DNA from: Candidatus Kaiserbacteria bacterium
GTDB taxonomy: Bacteria; Patescibacteriota; Minisyncoccia; Phycocordibacterales; UBA2100
Reading direction: 5' to 3'
Length of the DNA stretch: 64,000 bases
Assembly (NCBI GenBank): GCA_003164215.1
Contig: PLSR01000003.1
Coordinates: forward strand, 28,892 to 92,891
Positions 10,066 to 19,447 of this stretch are shown here, one piece after another. Numbering within the stretch: position 1 is the first letter of the stretch; every line of letters begins with the position of its first letter. Position numbers and translations under genes: made by a program. The notes under the pieces are model-generated. The model saw only the letters and a list, made by a program, of their open reading frames with translations, had not been told where the DNA came from and did no database searches.

Positions 10066-11922
10066 TTATTTTTGCTCAGCGTCCGGAGCCGGGGGTGTTT
10101 CTTCTGCAGGTGGCTGTTGCTGTCCTTTCGACATCGATTCGCCGATCTTACTCATCTCGCTCGAGAGCGCACCCGTAGCTGTTTTGATGGCAGAAATATC
10201 GGAGCCGGCGCGGGCAGATTTCAAAGCGTCGATCTTTTCCTGAACTCCCTTCTTGATGTCATCGGTCACCTTGTCGCCGTGCTCTTTCAGTGCTTTTTCT
10301 GCAGCATATACCAATTGGTCGGCACTATTCTGTGCCTCCACCAATTCCTGCTTCTGCTTGTCGGTCTCCGCATTCACTTCCGCATCCTTGCGCATCTTTT
10401 CTACTTCTGCATCAGAAAGACCGGACGAAGCTTCAATGCGTATCGATTGTTCTTTATTGGTGGTCTTATCCTTCGCTTTGACCGAAAGAATGCCGTTGGC
10501 GTCGATATCGAATGAGACTTCGATCTGCGGCATGCCGCGCGGCGCCGGCGGAATACCATCGAGATTGAATCTACCGAGCGATTTGTTGTCAGCTGCCATC
10601 GGTCGTTCACCCTGCACGATATGGATCTCGACCGAAGGCTGATTGTCAGATGCAGTCGAGAACGTTTGTGAGCGCGAGGTCGGGATCGTCGTATTGCGCT
10701 CGATAAGCTTGGTCGCTACGCCGCCGTACGTCTCGATCCCGAGCGACAGTGGGATCACATCCAGCAAGAGTACGTCCTTTACATCACCTTGCAAAATTCC
10801 GCCCTGTATAGCTGCGCCGAGTGCAACGACTTCGTCGGGATTCACGCTCAAATTCGGCTTCTTGCTGAAGAATGTCTCGACGGCTTTCTGCATCGCCGGC
10901 ATGCGCGTCTGACCACCGACGAGGATGACTTCGTTGATATCGGGGATCTTGAACGGCGATGCTTCCATCGCGCGCTTGGTGATCGTCATAGCGCGTTCAA
11001 TAAATTCATTGGTGAGCTCTTCGAGCTTCGCGCGCGACATCTTCACGAGCAAGTGGCGCGGACCGGAAGAGTCGGACGTGATGAACGGGATGTTGATCTC
11101 GGTCTCTACAGCAGTCGAGAGCTCGATCTTCGCCTTTTCTGCGGCCTCATCAAGGCGTTGGCGTGCGAGCGGATCATTTCGCACATCGATGCCGGATTCT
11201 TTCTTGAATTCCTCCGCGATCCAATCCATTATTTTTTGATCGATGTCTTTGCCACCGAGATGTGAGTCACCATCTGTTGAACGTACTTCGATGACATCGT
11301 CGCCCACTTCGAGAACGGAAATATCGAACGTACCGCCGCCGAAATCAAAGACGACGATCTTCTCGTTCTTCTTTTTGTTGAATCCGTATGCGAGTGCCGC
11401 TGCCGTCGGCTCATTGATGATGCGCTTCACGTCCAAGCCCGCGATCTTGCCGGCATCTTTCGTCGCTTGACGCTGTGCGTCGTTGAAATATGCCGGCACG
11501 GTGATAACGGCCTCCGTGATCGTCTCTCCGAGGCGGGCTTCCGCATCGACTTTCAATTTTTGAAGTATCATCGCGGAGATCTCTTCCGGGCGGTACCATT
11601 TGTCGCCCATTTTGACCTCTATGCCGCCGGTAGCTGATTTCTGCATCTCGAACGGGACCGACGTGCGATCTTTTTGAACAGCCGATTCGTCGAAGTTGTG
11701 GCCGATGAAGCGCTTGATCTGGTAGATCGTATTCTTAGGATTTGTCACTCCCTGACGGCGTGCGAGCAGACCGACGAGTCGTTCACCCGTCTTCGAGGTG
11801 GCGATCACCGACGGCGTTGTGCGCGCACCTTCCGCATTCTCAATGATCTCCGGCTCACCGCCTTTGACGACCGCCATCGCGGAATTCGTCGTGCCCAAGT
11901 CTATTCCAAGAATTTTTGCCAT
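10066..11922 (-). CDS. dnaK: molecular chaperone DnaK (Hsp70)
   Basis: 618 aa; [10 protein letters not shown] and DLGGGTFD Hsp70 signatures. Confidence 0.95.
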   Translation of the reverse strand: MAKILGIDLGTTNSAMAVVKGGEPEIIENAEGARTTPSVIATSKTGERLVGLLARRQGVTNPKNTIYQIKRFIGHNFDESAVQKDRTSVPFEMQKSATGGIEVKMGDKWYRPEEISAMILQKLKVDAEARLGETITEAVITVPAYFNDAQRQATKDAGKIAGLDVKRIINEPTAAALAYGFNKKKNEKIVVFDFGGGTFDISVLEVGDDVIEVRSTDGDSHLGGKDIDQKIMDWIAEEFKKESGIDVRNDPLARQRLDEAAEKAKIELSTAVETEINIPFITSDSSGPRHLLVKMSRAKLEELTNEFIERAMTITKRAMEASPFKIPDINEVILVGGQTRMPAMQKAVETFFSKKPNLSVNPDEVVALGAAIQGGILQGDVKDVLLLDVIPLSLGIETYGGVATKLIERNTTIPTSRSQTFSTASDNQPSVEIHIVQGERPMAADNKSLGRFNLDGIPPAPRGMPQIEVSFDIDANGILSVKAKDKTTNKEQSIRIEASSGLSDAEVEKMRKDAEVNAETDKQKQELVEAQNSADQLVYAAEKALKEHGDKVTDDIKKGVQEKIDALKSARAGSDISAIKTATGALSSEMSKIGESMSKGQQQPPAEETPPAPDAEQK

Positions 11923-11959
11923 AGAATTTATTTATCGTGATAAATAATTGCAGGTAATC

Positions 11960-11993
11960 TATATTATATACACAATAAAAACACGCTTGTCAA
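11960..11993 (-). promoter_or_regulatory. sigma70-like promoter upstream of dnaK (TTGACA - 17 nt - TATATAAT)
   Basis: minus-strand reading TTGACAAGCGTGTTTTTATTGTGTATATAAT about 40 nt upstream of the dnaK ATG, in an AT-rich spacer between grpE and dnaK. Confidence 0.45.
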
Positions 11994-12012
11994 ATTCCGC
12001 GGGTGTGGGAAA

Positions 12013-12570
12013 TTATTTTTTAACGATCACCTGCGCCGGTCGTATTACGCGATCACCCGTTTTGTACCCGAACCGAAGAACGCGGACGATCTCACCACTT
12101 TCCCCCGGCATGTCATCCACTTCCTGCACTGCTTCGTGAAGTTGGTGGTCGAACTGCTCTCCAACCTTAGCAAATCGTTCTATGCCGTGACGCGAGAGCA
12201 CATCGAGAAGTTGGTTGCGGATGAATTCGATGCCGTTGCGCCAATTTTCGTCAACCGCCAGCCACGCCTCTCCACCCGCTGCCATATCGAAGCTGTCCAA
12301 GACCGGGATGATATCCTCTATGACGGTCTCTTTGCCGCGACCGTGCGCACGATCATGCCGCTCTGTCGCCTCTTTGCGTGCATTGATAGAGTCCGCTTTG
12401 CATCGCTGCCATCCATCGAGATATTCATCACGTTTTTCCTTTGTCTCTTTCAACTCGTCGCGCAATTTTTTGACCTTCGCCTGTGCTGCGCCGATATCGC
12501 CCATCTCATCCTCGGGCTCGAAATTTATTTCTTCATCGGAGTGTTCGTTCATACGGGGCGAGTATAGCAT
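12013..12570 (-). CDS. grpE: nucleotide exchange factor GrpE
   Basis: 185 aa; coiled-coil N-terminus and GrpE C-terminal motif (ELRNGIEF-like, RPAQVIV). Confidence 0.85.
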   Translation of the reverse strand: MLYSPRMNEHSDEEINFEPEDEMGDIGAAQAKVKKLRDELKETKEKRDEYLDGWQRCKADSINARKEATERHDRAHGRGKETVIEDIIPVLDSFDMAAGGEAWLAVDENWRNGIEFIRNQLLDVLSRHGIERFAKVGEQFDHQLHEAVQEVDDMPGESGEIVRVLRFGYKTGDRVIRPAQVIVKK

Positions 12571-12688
12571 AATTCGACATCAAAACAGAGGCTCCCACAC
12601 GTTGTCTGGAGGATCAGATCCTCCAGAATAATCGCTTACGCACGAAGCCGCATATCGTTACGTTCGACGGTGTGTTACTGCGTTACCT

Positions 12689-12720
12689 CGAAAGAAAACA
12701 ACCCCGTGTGGGGTTGTTTG
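12689..12720 (-). terminator. intrinsic terminator downstream of rpsI
   Basis: minus-strand hairpin AACAACCCC-ACAC-GGGGTTGTT followed by TTCTTTC, 22 nt after the rpsI stop. Confidence 0.5.
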
Positions 12721-12741
12721 TCTTCGCCGTACTCATCGAAA

Positions 12742-13140
12742 CTAGCGCTTTGACCACTGAGGTGCACGACGTGCCCCCTTGAGGCCGAACTTCTTGCGTT
12801 CCTTAGCTCGAGGATCACGCTTGAGGAACCCACGGACCTTGAGATCTTTGCGTTGCTCTGGGACGATCTCGATCATGGCGCGAGAGATTCCGAGTCGGAC
12901 GGCTTCGGCTTGTGACTTATGTCCGCCGCCTGAAACTTTTGCCGTCACGGTATACGTCGCTCCGAGAAGCGCGATTGGAGCGAACGCTGTCTTTACCATC
13001 ATGGCAAGTGGAAAATATTCCTCAGCCGGTTTGCCGTTGACGACCATCGTCGAGCTCTTGGAGGGCGTGATGCGAACACGGGCAGTCGCGGTCTTCCTGC
13101 GTCCAACCGCTTCCGTATACATCGCTGCTTTTGTTGCCAT
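12742..13140 (-). CDS. rpsI: 30S ribosomal protein S9
   Basis: 132 aa; C-terminal ...PQWSKR, a typical S9 ending. Confidence 0.9.
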   Translation of the reverse strand: MATKAAMYTEAVGRRKTATARVRITPSKSSTMVVNGKPAEEYFPLAMMVKTAFAPIALLGATYTVTAKVSGGGHKSQAEAVRLGISRAMIEIVPEQRKDLKVRGFLKRDPRAKERKKFGLKGARRAPQWSKR

Positions 13141-13147
13141 ACTTGAA

Positions 13148-13504
13148 TTATGCGTTGATAGTAAGATTCTTCATGCGTTCCGTGCGGAACGTGTTGCGCG
13201 GCATCATGCGCTCGATCGCGCGACGCAATGATTCGCCCGGCTTTCGCTTGTTCATCTGCTCGAGCGATTCGATCTTGAGGCCGCCCGGATAACCGCTGTA
13301 GCGCGTGAACTTGGTCTGTACGATCTTCTTCTCGCGGATCGTGATCTTGGAAACGTTCGTGATCGTGACCTTCACATCAGAACGGATGTTGGGCGTATAG
13401 TCGGCGCTGGTCTTACCCATCAGCATCTTCGCGGCCTGTGCCGCGACGCGACCGAGTGACTTACCGGCGGCATCTATTTCGTATGTGGTCTTTTTTGTAG
13501 TCAT
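13148..13504 (-). CDS. rplM: 50S ribosomal protein L13
   Basis: ORF trimmed to internal Met (MTTKKTTYEIDAAGKSLGRVA), an L13 N-terminus; ATG abuts the rplQ stop. Confidence 0.85.
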   Translation of the reverse strand: MTTKKTTYEIDAAGKSLGRVAAQAAKMLMGKTSADYTPNIRSDVKVTITNVSKITIREKKIVQTKFTRYSGYPGGLKIESLEQMNKRKPGESLRRAIERMMPRNTFRTERMKNLTINA

Positions 13505-13505
13505 A

Positions 13506-13862
13506 TTATTTAACGAATTCGATGCGGGCGGATTCTGTCGCTTGCTTGCCGATCTTACCAAGCAGGATGATGCGTGTATAACCCCCGGCACGCTTCGCAA
13601 AGCGTTCACGAAGATCACCATTGAGCTTCGTTACGGCTTCAGGTGCGCCGCCCAAACGAGTTGCGATAAGGCGGCGCGAGGCGACGGTATTTTGCTTACC
13701 AGCAGTCACCAGACGTTCGACGAAGGGACGCAACTCTTTGGCCTTCGCGACTGTCGTCACGATGCCATCCTGAAGAACGAGCGAGCGCGCCAATGAACGA
13801 AGAAGCGCGGTGCGCTGACCCTTCTTTCTCCCGAGCGTTCGACCTTTTTTGTGATGCAACAT
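13506..13862 (-). CDS. rplQ: 50S ribosomal protein L17
   Basis: 118 aa; MLHHKKGRTLGRKKGQR N-terminus typical of L17. Confidence 0.9.
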   Translation of the reverse strand: MLHHKKGRTLGRKKGQRTALLRSLARSLVLQDGIVTTVAKAKELRPFVERLVTAGKQNTVASRRLIATRLGGAPEAVTKLNGDLRERFAKRAGGYTRIILLGKIGKQATESARIEFVK

Positions 13863-13879
13863 ACACGTTATCGACTTAA

Positions 13880-14854
13880 TTATTGTGAGCGAAGAGTAAG
13901 ACCGAGGTTGGAAAGTGCGCGTTTGATGTCCTGCAGGCCCTTTTGGCCCAACCCTTCGATCGCCAAAAGATCATCTTCGCGCTTGCGAACAAGACCGCCA
14001 ACGGTACGAATGGATGCATTGTCGAGCGCCATTTCAACGCGCTGCGGCATGCCGAGTTCGGTGATGCGGGTCTTCAATATCTCGGCGTCCATCGGAGCCG
14101 ATTTATCCTCGCGGGCAGGTGCGCGCAGATCGGAGATCATCGCCGATGATTCCGTCTCCTCCTCTTCCTTGAAACCGACGACCGCTTTGAGCTGATGGAT
14201 CATCGTCTCGATCGAGCGCTCGAGCGCCTCGCGCGGTGCGAGCGTGCCATCGGTCTCGATCATGATGCGTAAGCGATTGAAGTTGGTGCGGTCACCGACA
14301 CGCATGTTCTCAACTTCATAATTAGCGCGGCGGATCGGAGAGAAGATCGCGTCGATCGCGATGGTGCCGATGTCGACACGCTCTTTCTGATGCTCTTCCT
14401 TCGGAATGTAGCCCAAGCCTTGTTCCGCACGGAGCTCAAGCTCGAAATTGACCTTGGAGGTCACATCGGCGATCGGCTGCTCTGGATTGAGGATCTCAAC
14501 CTGGCCCGGGAGCTTAAGATCGGCGGCCGTGACAAGCTTCGGTCCTTTGACGGAGAGCGTTATGGTCTGCGGCTCGTCAGACAAAAGCTTAAAGCGGATC
14601 TTGCGGACATTGAGGAGGATCGTTACGACGTCCTCCTTTACGCCCTCGATCGTTGAGAATTCATGCGGCACGCCGGGGATCTTCACATGCGTGATCGCTG
14701 CACCCGGCAGGGACGAAAGAATGATGCGACGCAATGAATTGCCAAGCGTATTGCCGTAACCCGGATAGAGACCGTCTATTTCGTAGATACCGCTCCGTTC
14801 CGACTCGGAGACGACGCGCGGCTTGCTCGGCAATGCAATGTGGTAGTCCGACAT
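13880..14854 (-). CDS. rpoA: DNA-directed RNA polymerase subunit alpha
   Basis: 324 aa; conserved alpha N-terminal domain and C-terminal domain (ELGMPQRVEMAL...IRTVGGL). Confidence 0.9.
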   Translation of the reverse strand: MSDYHIALPSKPRVVSESERSGIYEIDGLYPGYGNTLGNSLRRIILSSLPGAAITHVKIPGVPHEFSTIEGVKEDVVTILLNVRKIRFKLLSDEPQTITLSVKGPKLVTAADLKLPGQVEILNPEQPIADVTSKVNFELELRAEQGLGYIPKEEHQKERVDIGTIAIDAIFSPIRRANYEVENMRVGDRTNFNRLRIMIETDGTLAPREALERSIETMIHQLKAVVGFKEEEETESSAMISDLRAPAREDKSAPMDAEILKTRITELGMPQRVEMALDNASIRTVGGLVRKREDDLLAIEGLGQKGLQDIKRALSNLGLTLRSQ

Positions 14855-14909
14855 AAAGCAATAAAAGTTAGCGTCCCGAAAGACTAATAAAAAGTTGCGT
14901 CATTATACA

Positions 14910-15515
14910 TTATCTGCTGTAAAACTCAAATACCGTGGGGTAATCAAGTCCCATATCAACACTGTTGTAGGTCGGCTCGCTCTTGATCTCAGCTCGCAGA
15001 AGTTTCTGGTCTGCGACGATCCATGCCGGAACGGCACGTCCGCTCTCGGGATTCACTTCCGCGAGCGCTGCAAAAAGCGGGCTGGTGCGACTTCCCTCTC
15101 GAACCGTTATAACGTCTCCGGTGTGAACACGGTATGAGGGAGTCTTGATACGAACACCGTTGACCACAATATGTCCGTGGCTCACGATCTGGCGTGCGGC
15201 GCGGCGAGTGCTCGCAAGACCGGCACGATAGATCGCCGAATCGGCGCGCATTTCGAGCGCGATGTGGAGCGCACCGGAAGGATCCTTCTCCTTGAAGGCA
15301 GTATGCGCATAGTTGGAAAGCTGACGCTCCGAAAGACCGTACGTGAAGCGGACCTTCTGCTTCTCGATCAGCTGGCGACCGTAATCCGAAGGGGCGCGGC
15401 CGCGCGGCTTTTTCGTGTTCGCTTCGGACAGCGAGAACTTTTGAGACTGCGTCTTTTCGAACACGCCTGCTCCGAGGCGTCGCGCGATCCTATACTGTGA
15501 TTTTACGAGCAACAT
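14910..15515 (-). CDS. rpsD: 30S ribosomal protein S4
   Basis: 201 aa; S4 N-terminal and S4 RNA-binding domain motifs. Confidence 0.9.
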   Translation of the reverse strand: MLLVKSQYRIARRLGAGVFEKTQSQKFSLSEANTKKPRGRAPSDYGRQLIEKQKVRFTYGLSERQLSNYAHTAFKEKDPSGALHIALEMRADSAIYRAGLASTRRAARQIVSHGHIVVNGVRIKTPSYRVHTGDVITVREGSRTSPLFAALAEVNPESGRAVPAWIVADQKLLRAEIKSEPTYNSVDMGLDYPTVFEFYSR

Positions 15516-15527
15516 AGATTTTAAATA

Positions 15528-15962
15528 TTAGATACGACGAGGCTTCGGAGCGCGCGGGCCATTGTGCGGAACCGGAGTGTCGTCTGAGATGCGTACGACA
15601 TCGATCCCCTTACCGGCAAAAGCACGCAGCGCCGACTCACGGCCGGCACCGACACCGCGAATAATAACGTCGACTTCCTTCATGCCGATGATGTTCGCCT
15701 TATCGCCGACAAGCTCACCGACTTTGGCTGCCGCGAACGGTGTGCCCTTCTTCGCCCCGGAGAAACCGAGACTGCCCGAGGACGACCATGCGACGGCGTT
15801 GCCATTCTTATCGGCCAACAGCACCTTTGTGTTGTTGAAGGTCGCATGAATATGCAGGGTGCCCGCGGTGATATTTTTCTTTGCAACACGTGCGAGTGAT
15901 CGCGACTTAAGACCCGCGTCGACGGTACCGCCTGATTTTCTAATGATTCGTTTTTTTCCCAT
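15528..15962 (-). CDS. rpsK: 30S ribosomal protein S11
   Basis: 144 aa; TFNNT...GFSGAKKGTPFAA signature of S11. Confidence 0.9.
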   Translation of the reverse strand: MGKKRIIRKSGGTVDAGLKSRSLARVAKKNITAGTLHIHATFNNTKVLLADKNGNAVAWSSSGSLGFSGAKKGTPFAAAKVGELVGDKANIIGMKEVDVIIRGVGAGRESALRAFAGKGIDVVRISDDTPVPHNGPRAPKPRRI

Positions 15963-15968
15963 ACATCC

Positions 15969-16352
15969 TTATGTCTTCTCGAGCTTACGGCGGCCCGAAG
16001 TCATTGTCTTTCGGACGTTGCCGCGAACTGTTCGTGAATTTGTTTTGGTACCTTGGCCATGCGCAGGCAAGTGCTTGGCATGACGACTACCGCGATATGA
16101 CTTGATGTCCTTGAGACGGCGGATATTACCGCTGATCTCACGCTTCAACTCACCCTCGACGGAGAACTTTTCAATCGCCTCACGGAGAGCGGACTCTTGA
16201 GCAGCGGAAAGATCGGTCGGGCGCTTGCCCGGATCGATGCCGAGTCCCATGAGAGTCTCCTGTGCGCGCGGACGGCCAACACCGTACACTGTCGTAAGGC
16301 CTATCTCAAGGCGCTTATTGTCCGGAATGGTTACTCCTGAAATTCTCAACAT
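15969..16352 (-). CDS. rpsM: 30S ribosomal protein S13
   Basis: 127 aa; MLRISGV.IPDNKR..IGLT.VYGVG N-terminus typical of S13. Confidence 0.9.
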   Translation of the reverse strand: MLRISGVTIPDNKRLEIGLTTVYGVGRPRAQETLMGLGIDPGKRPTDLSAAQESALREAIEKFSVEGELKREISGNIRRLKDIKSYRGSRHAKHLPAHGQGTKTNSRTVRGNVRKTMTSGRRKLEKT

Positions 16353-16359
16353 AAAAAAA

Positions 16360-16473
16360 TTAACCTTGGCGCTGCTTATGACGCGGATTCGTGCAGATGA
16401 CCCACAAGCGACCCCGACGCTTAACGCTGTGGCAGTGCATGCAGATCTTTTTGACTGAAGCTTTGACTTTCAT
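16360..16473 (-). CDS. rpmJ: 50S ribosomal protein L36
   Basis: translated by hand from the minus strand: [37 protein letters not shown] (37 aa, C-x2-C-x12-C-x4-H zinc ribbon); absent from the ORF track because it is under 60 aa. Confidence 0.8.
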   Translation of the reverse strand: MKVKASVKKICMHCHSVKRRGRLWVICTNPRHKQRQG

Positions 16474-16515
16474 GTGATTATACGAAATGTGGATCGAAAA
16501 TTTTACTTCTAGCAT

Positions 16516-16722
16516 TTAGCCGCGCCGGGTTATTCGTGCTCGCCCGCCATACGGATCGAGTTGGACTTGGACACGATCCCCGACAAGCACCTTAATGCGA
16601 TGCAGCCGCATTTTCCCGGCCAGATATGCCAGAACTACCTCTCCGCTGCCAAGCTTCACACGGAAGAGGGTATTCGGAAGTGCCTCATCGACAACTCCTT
16701 CCACAACCTCTAGTTCAGCCAT
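16516..16722 (-). CDS. infA: translation initiation factor IF-1
   Basis: ORF trimmed to internal Met; ...LPNTLFRV.L..G.VVLAYLAGKMR...I.VL.GD.V.V.L.PY, an S1-like IF-1 signature. Confidence 0.8.
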   Translation of the reverse strand: MAELEVVEGVVDEALPNTLFRVKLGSGEVVLAYLAGKMRLHRIKVLVGDRVQVQLDPYGGRARITRRG

Positions 16723-16766
16723 ATCTGCGCGTTGGAGAATACCAAAAAGTCCTTCTGCCGTCAAGC

Positions 16767-18281
16767 TTATTGGCCTTTTGCAGTGGAGGACGTTAGCGGT
16801 CCGGTGATTTCGATCTTGATCTTTGAGGGATCGCTCGGAAAACTACTGCTCCAGAATGGCTCTATACGGGCTCGCGCCGCCTCGATCCCGGGGAATCCCC
16901 CAATGACGGTCTGGAAGACGCTCTGGTCACGCCCTGCGAGCGCTTTCGCGAGGGCAGTCGTGTCAATGCTCCAGAGTATCTGCGCAGATCCGACGAGCGA
17001 AAAGTCGATAGGGGCCGTCCCGAGGGCGACCGGCGTTGTATTGGTCGGCTGTGCTCCATACCCTGTCCCGCCGATCACTTGGACCGGAGTGTTGTTCGTA
17101 TCGATCGCCATCGTCTGAGCAATAACTGCCGCAAATGCGTCTGAAGCAAATACCGGCACCTGGATGTGCACACTTTCCCCGATCGTCACCTGACTGCTTG
17201 TCGCAACTACATCAGGAAGGTCGCTGTAGGTTATCTCTGCAAGACCCGTGAATGCGACCGAACCCGGTACATTTTGCGATTGAACGTATTGCGCTGCCCG
17301 TTGTGCCAGACGCGTGCGCATATCTGAAACGGCAGCCTGGCGAATACTCGCGGAAATGCCGGGTTGTGTTCCTGAAAAGCCCCCGGTCATCGAGCCGGAC
17401 GATTGGGCATAAATTCCCGCATACATAGCGGCATTGGACTGGAGGCCGGGAACAGTGAGGCGTGGAGTAGGTCCGATGTTGTACTGCTGACCAACTTGAT
17501 CTGCGAATACGGTGACCGTCACTTGACCGGGGGTCGAACCTTGTTTCCCCGGGATGACGACATCCGCTGGAACACGGAATATCAGGCCGGCAGGCGTCTG
17601 GAAGCGGGTGTCCTTGATGAGTTTGACGCTCGCCGTGGAATAATTGTTGTACACCGTGATGGAGCCCGATGCTTTCATCTGGGTCTCAGTCGTACCGTTG
17701 CTCTGAACCGTTTCAGAATCCTGTAAATCGGTCGTTGCGACGGTATATGCGAGCGTCCCAGTTGCGGCACTCGATGCGGGGTATGCGCTAAATTCAGAGG
17801 TCTGGTCGAAATTCACCGTTTGCGTCCGTGCTGTCAGAGTGACCGTCGTGGAACGGAACATGAAAAGCGCCAGAAATCCAACTACAACCACCCCGATGAC
17901 CGCAAGGATCCAAATCCATACACGGGAATACTTGGAACGCGGCTTCGGAGGCAATCCGCGGCCCGACCCCGTGGACGGTGTCTCGCCGAGTTCGTTCGTC
18001 GATGATCGATAGCGTGCTCGGGGCGGCATGTTTATGTTGCGAATACCACGCGCCGGAGCGGCATCTATTGTTGAAATGTCATCATCGTCGTACTCAGGAG
18101 CTGACTGAGCCATGACAGACGGCTGCTCCGGTTGGTTTGGAGGAGCGATTGGAACCTTTCGCGTTGTCGGGCGAATCGGACGGTCACCCGATGGCGGGAC
18201 AATATCCTGAAAATAATCTTTGGCCATATGACTCAGTAGTATACCACGCACCCGGTCAGGACTGCTCTTCGGTGTTGACAA
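16767..18281 (-). CDS. hypothetical single-pass membrane protein (Pro-rich cytoplasmic N-terminus, TM, large Thr/Ser/Gln-rich extracytoplasmic domain); possible PilN/PilO-like
   Basis: 504 aa; TM segment VWIWILAVIGVVVVGFLALFMF near residue 130; INMPP motif resembling the PilN INLLP motif; 26-nt overlap with the upstream actin-fold gene. Confidence 0.5.
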   Translation of the reverse strand: MSTPKSSPDRVRGILLSHMAKDYFQDIVPPSGDRPIRPTTRKVPIAPPNQPEQPSVMAQSAPEYDDDDISTIDAAPARGIRNINMPPRARYRSSTNELGETPSTGSGRGLPPKPRSKYSRVWIWILAVIGVVVVGFLALFMFRSTTVTLTARTQTVNFDQTSEFSAYPASSAATGTLAYTVATTDLQDSETVQSNGTTETQMKASGSITVYNNYSTASVKLIKDTRFQTPAGLIFRVPADVVIPGKQGSTPGQVTVTVFADQVGQQYNIGPTPRLTVPGLQSNAAMYAGIYAQSSGSMTGGFSGTQPGISASIRQAAVSDMRTRLAQRAAQYVQSQNVPGSVAFTGLAEITYSDLPDVVATSSQVTIGESVHIQVPVFASDAFAAVIAQTMAIDTNNTPVQVIGGTGYGAQPTNTTPVALGTAPIDFSLVGSAQILWSIDTTALAKALAGRDQSVFQTVIGGFPGIEAARARIEPFWSSSFPSDPSKIKIEITGPLTSSTAKGQ

Positions 18282-19410
18282 GTGCCCCCGCGATCAAAAG
18301 TTCGACATCGGGCGGTGTAGCAGCATCGAAAGCAATGAGATGTGCAAGCTCCGCGCGACCGAGTGCATGAACGGAAAACGGCTGCGCCGTGAGCGTGCAT
18401 TGCGTGAAATCGATGCGCGCAAAAAAGGTCGTGAGCCATGGGACAAGATCGCTGTGGGTCACCAAAATAAGATCGGGTGGAAGACGCCTCGGTACTGCCA
18501 CTTTCGTCAACGCTTCTCCATATACCCGCGCCAGATCGATCTCGACACGTGCCATTGATGCCGTCACTGCATCGCAGACATCGCCCGTACATTCATCGCG
18601 CTCGATCATGCGTAAAAGAGAAAGCGTTTCCTCCGGTGTGCTTTTTTCGGCAATTCTTTTAACGATGGTGCGTACTCCTTCCGCGATCTGCAGATGCTGC
18701 ATCGCAAGACCGTCACGTATGACAAGCACATTGGTCGCCTCTGCCGTGACCGCAAGGATCACGCAATCTTTGCCGATATTCGGGATGACATTCATCGCCG
18801 AGACGAGCGCACGCGAGCCGGAACGCAACGTCAGTTTCGCACCCGGGAAAAGATGTGCAAGTGATCCAGCGACCTCTTTTTGTATCGTATCATCGCAATC
18901 GCTTAAGAGTACTGCTACGGAGATCCGATGAGCCATTTTACCGATGGGAGATCCGGTGGGATAGCCGTTGAGCTCAACGCGGACGACGGTAGATTCGATC
19001 AGGCGGTCTTTAACTATTTCAGTGTCCGCGCCAATAGCTTTTTGAGCGGACTCCTGGATCATCGCGCCGGTGACCCGCGTCTCTTTATCGAACGTAGTTG
19101 TGGCTCGCACCGTATGTGAACGTATCCAGGGGGCGTCAATGACCGCATACACTTCAGTGATCTTGTGTCCCTTATGTGGACCGATCGCGTATCGAGCGAG
19201 CAACTTCTGACCTGCATCTGACAGGCTTGCCAAGACACCTGTTCTCATCGCGCTTTCCGTGCGATCTTCGAACGGTAAGGTCACACGCTCGGCTTCGATG
19301 ACAGTAGCCGGTCCGTCGTTGTTCATAATGAGCAACGCAATACCGGCGCTCGCGCTTCCGATATCCGCAACGGCAACTACTCTCTTTGATGCGATCGTTC
19401 TTCCGAACAT
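18256..19410 (-). CDS. ASKHA (actin-like ATPase) fold protein, PilM/FtsA-like or Ppx/GppA-like
   Basis: 384 aa; N-terminal phosphate-1 loop VVAVADIGSASAGIAL and later glycine-rich ATPase motifs; family assignment uncertain. Confidence 0.5.
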   Translation of the reverse strand: MFGRTIASKRVVAVADIGSASAGIALLIMNNDGPATVIEAERVTLPFEDRTESAMRTGVLASLSDAGQKLLARYAIGPHKGHKITEVYAVIDAPWIRSHTVRATTTFDKETRVTGAMIQESAQKAIGADTEIVKDRLIESTVVRVELNGYPTGSPIGKMAHRISVAVLLSDCDDTIQKEVAGSLAHLFPGAKLTLRSGSRALVSAMNVIPNIGKDCVILAVTAEATNVLVIRDGLAMQHLQIAEGVRTIVKRIAEKSTPEETLSLLRMIERDECTGDVCDAVTASMARVEIDLARVYGEALTKVAVPRRLPPDLILVTHSDLVPWLTTFFARIDFTQCTLTAQPFSVHALGRAELAHLIAFDAATPPDVELLIAGALVNTEEQS

Positions 19411-19447
19411 CGTATATCAGTATACCAGAGCAAAACGATACAACGCG

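Noticed and set aside
10072-11470. Several 60-160 aa plus-strand ORFs inside dnaK
   Set aside because: They are antisense to dnaK, which has unmistakable Hsp70 signatures, and their translations are low-complexity.
18233-18592. 119-aa Cys-rich minus-strand ORF
   Set aside because: It lies wholly inside, and out of frame with, the 384-aa actin-fold gene on the same strand. It is an alternative-frame artefact.
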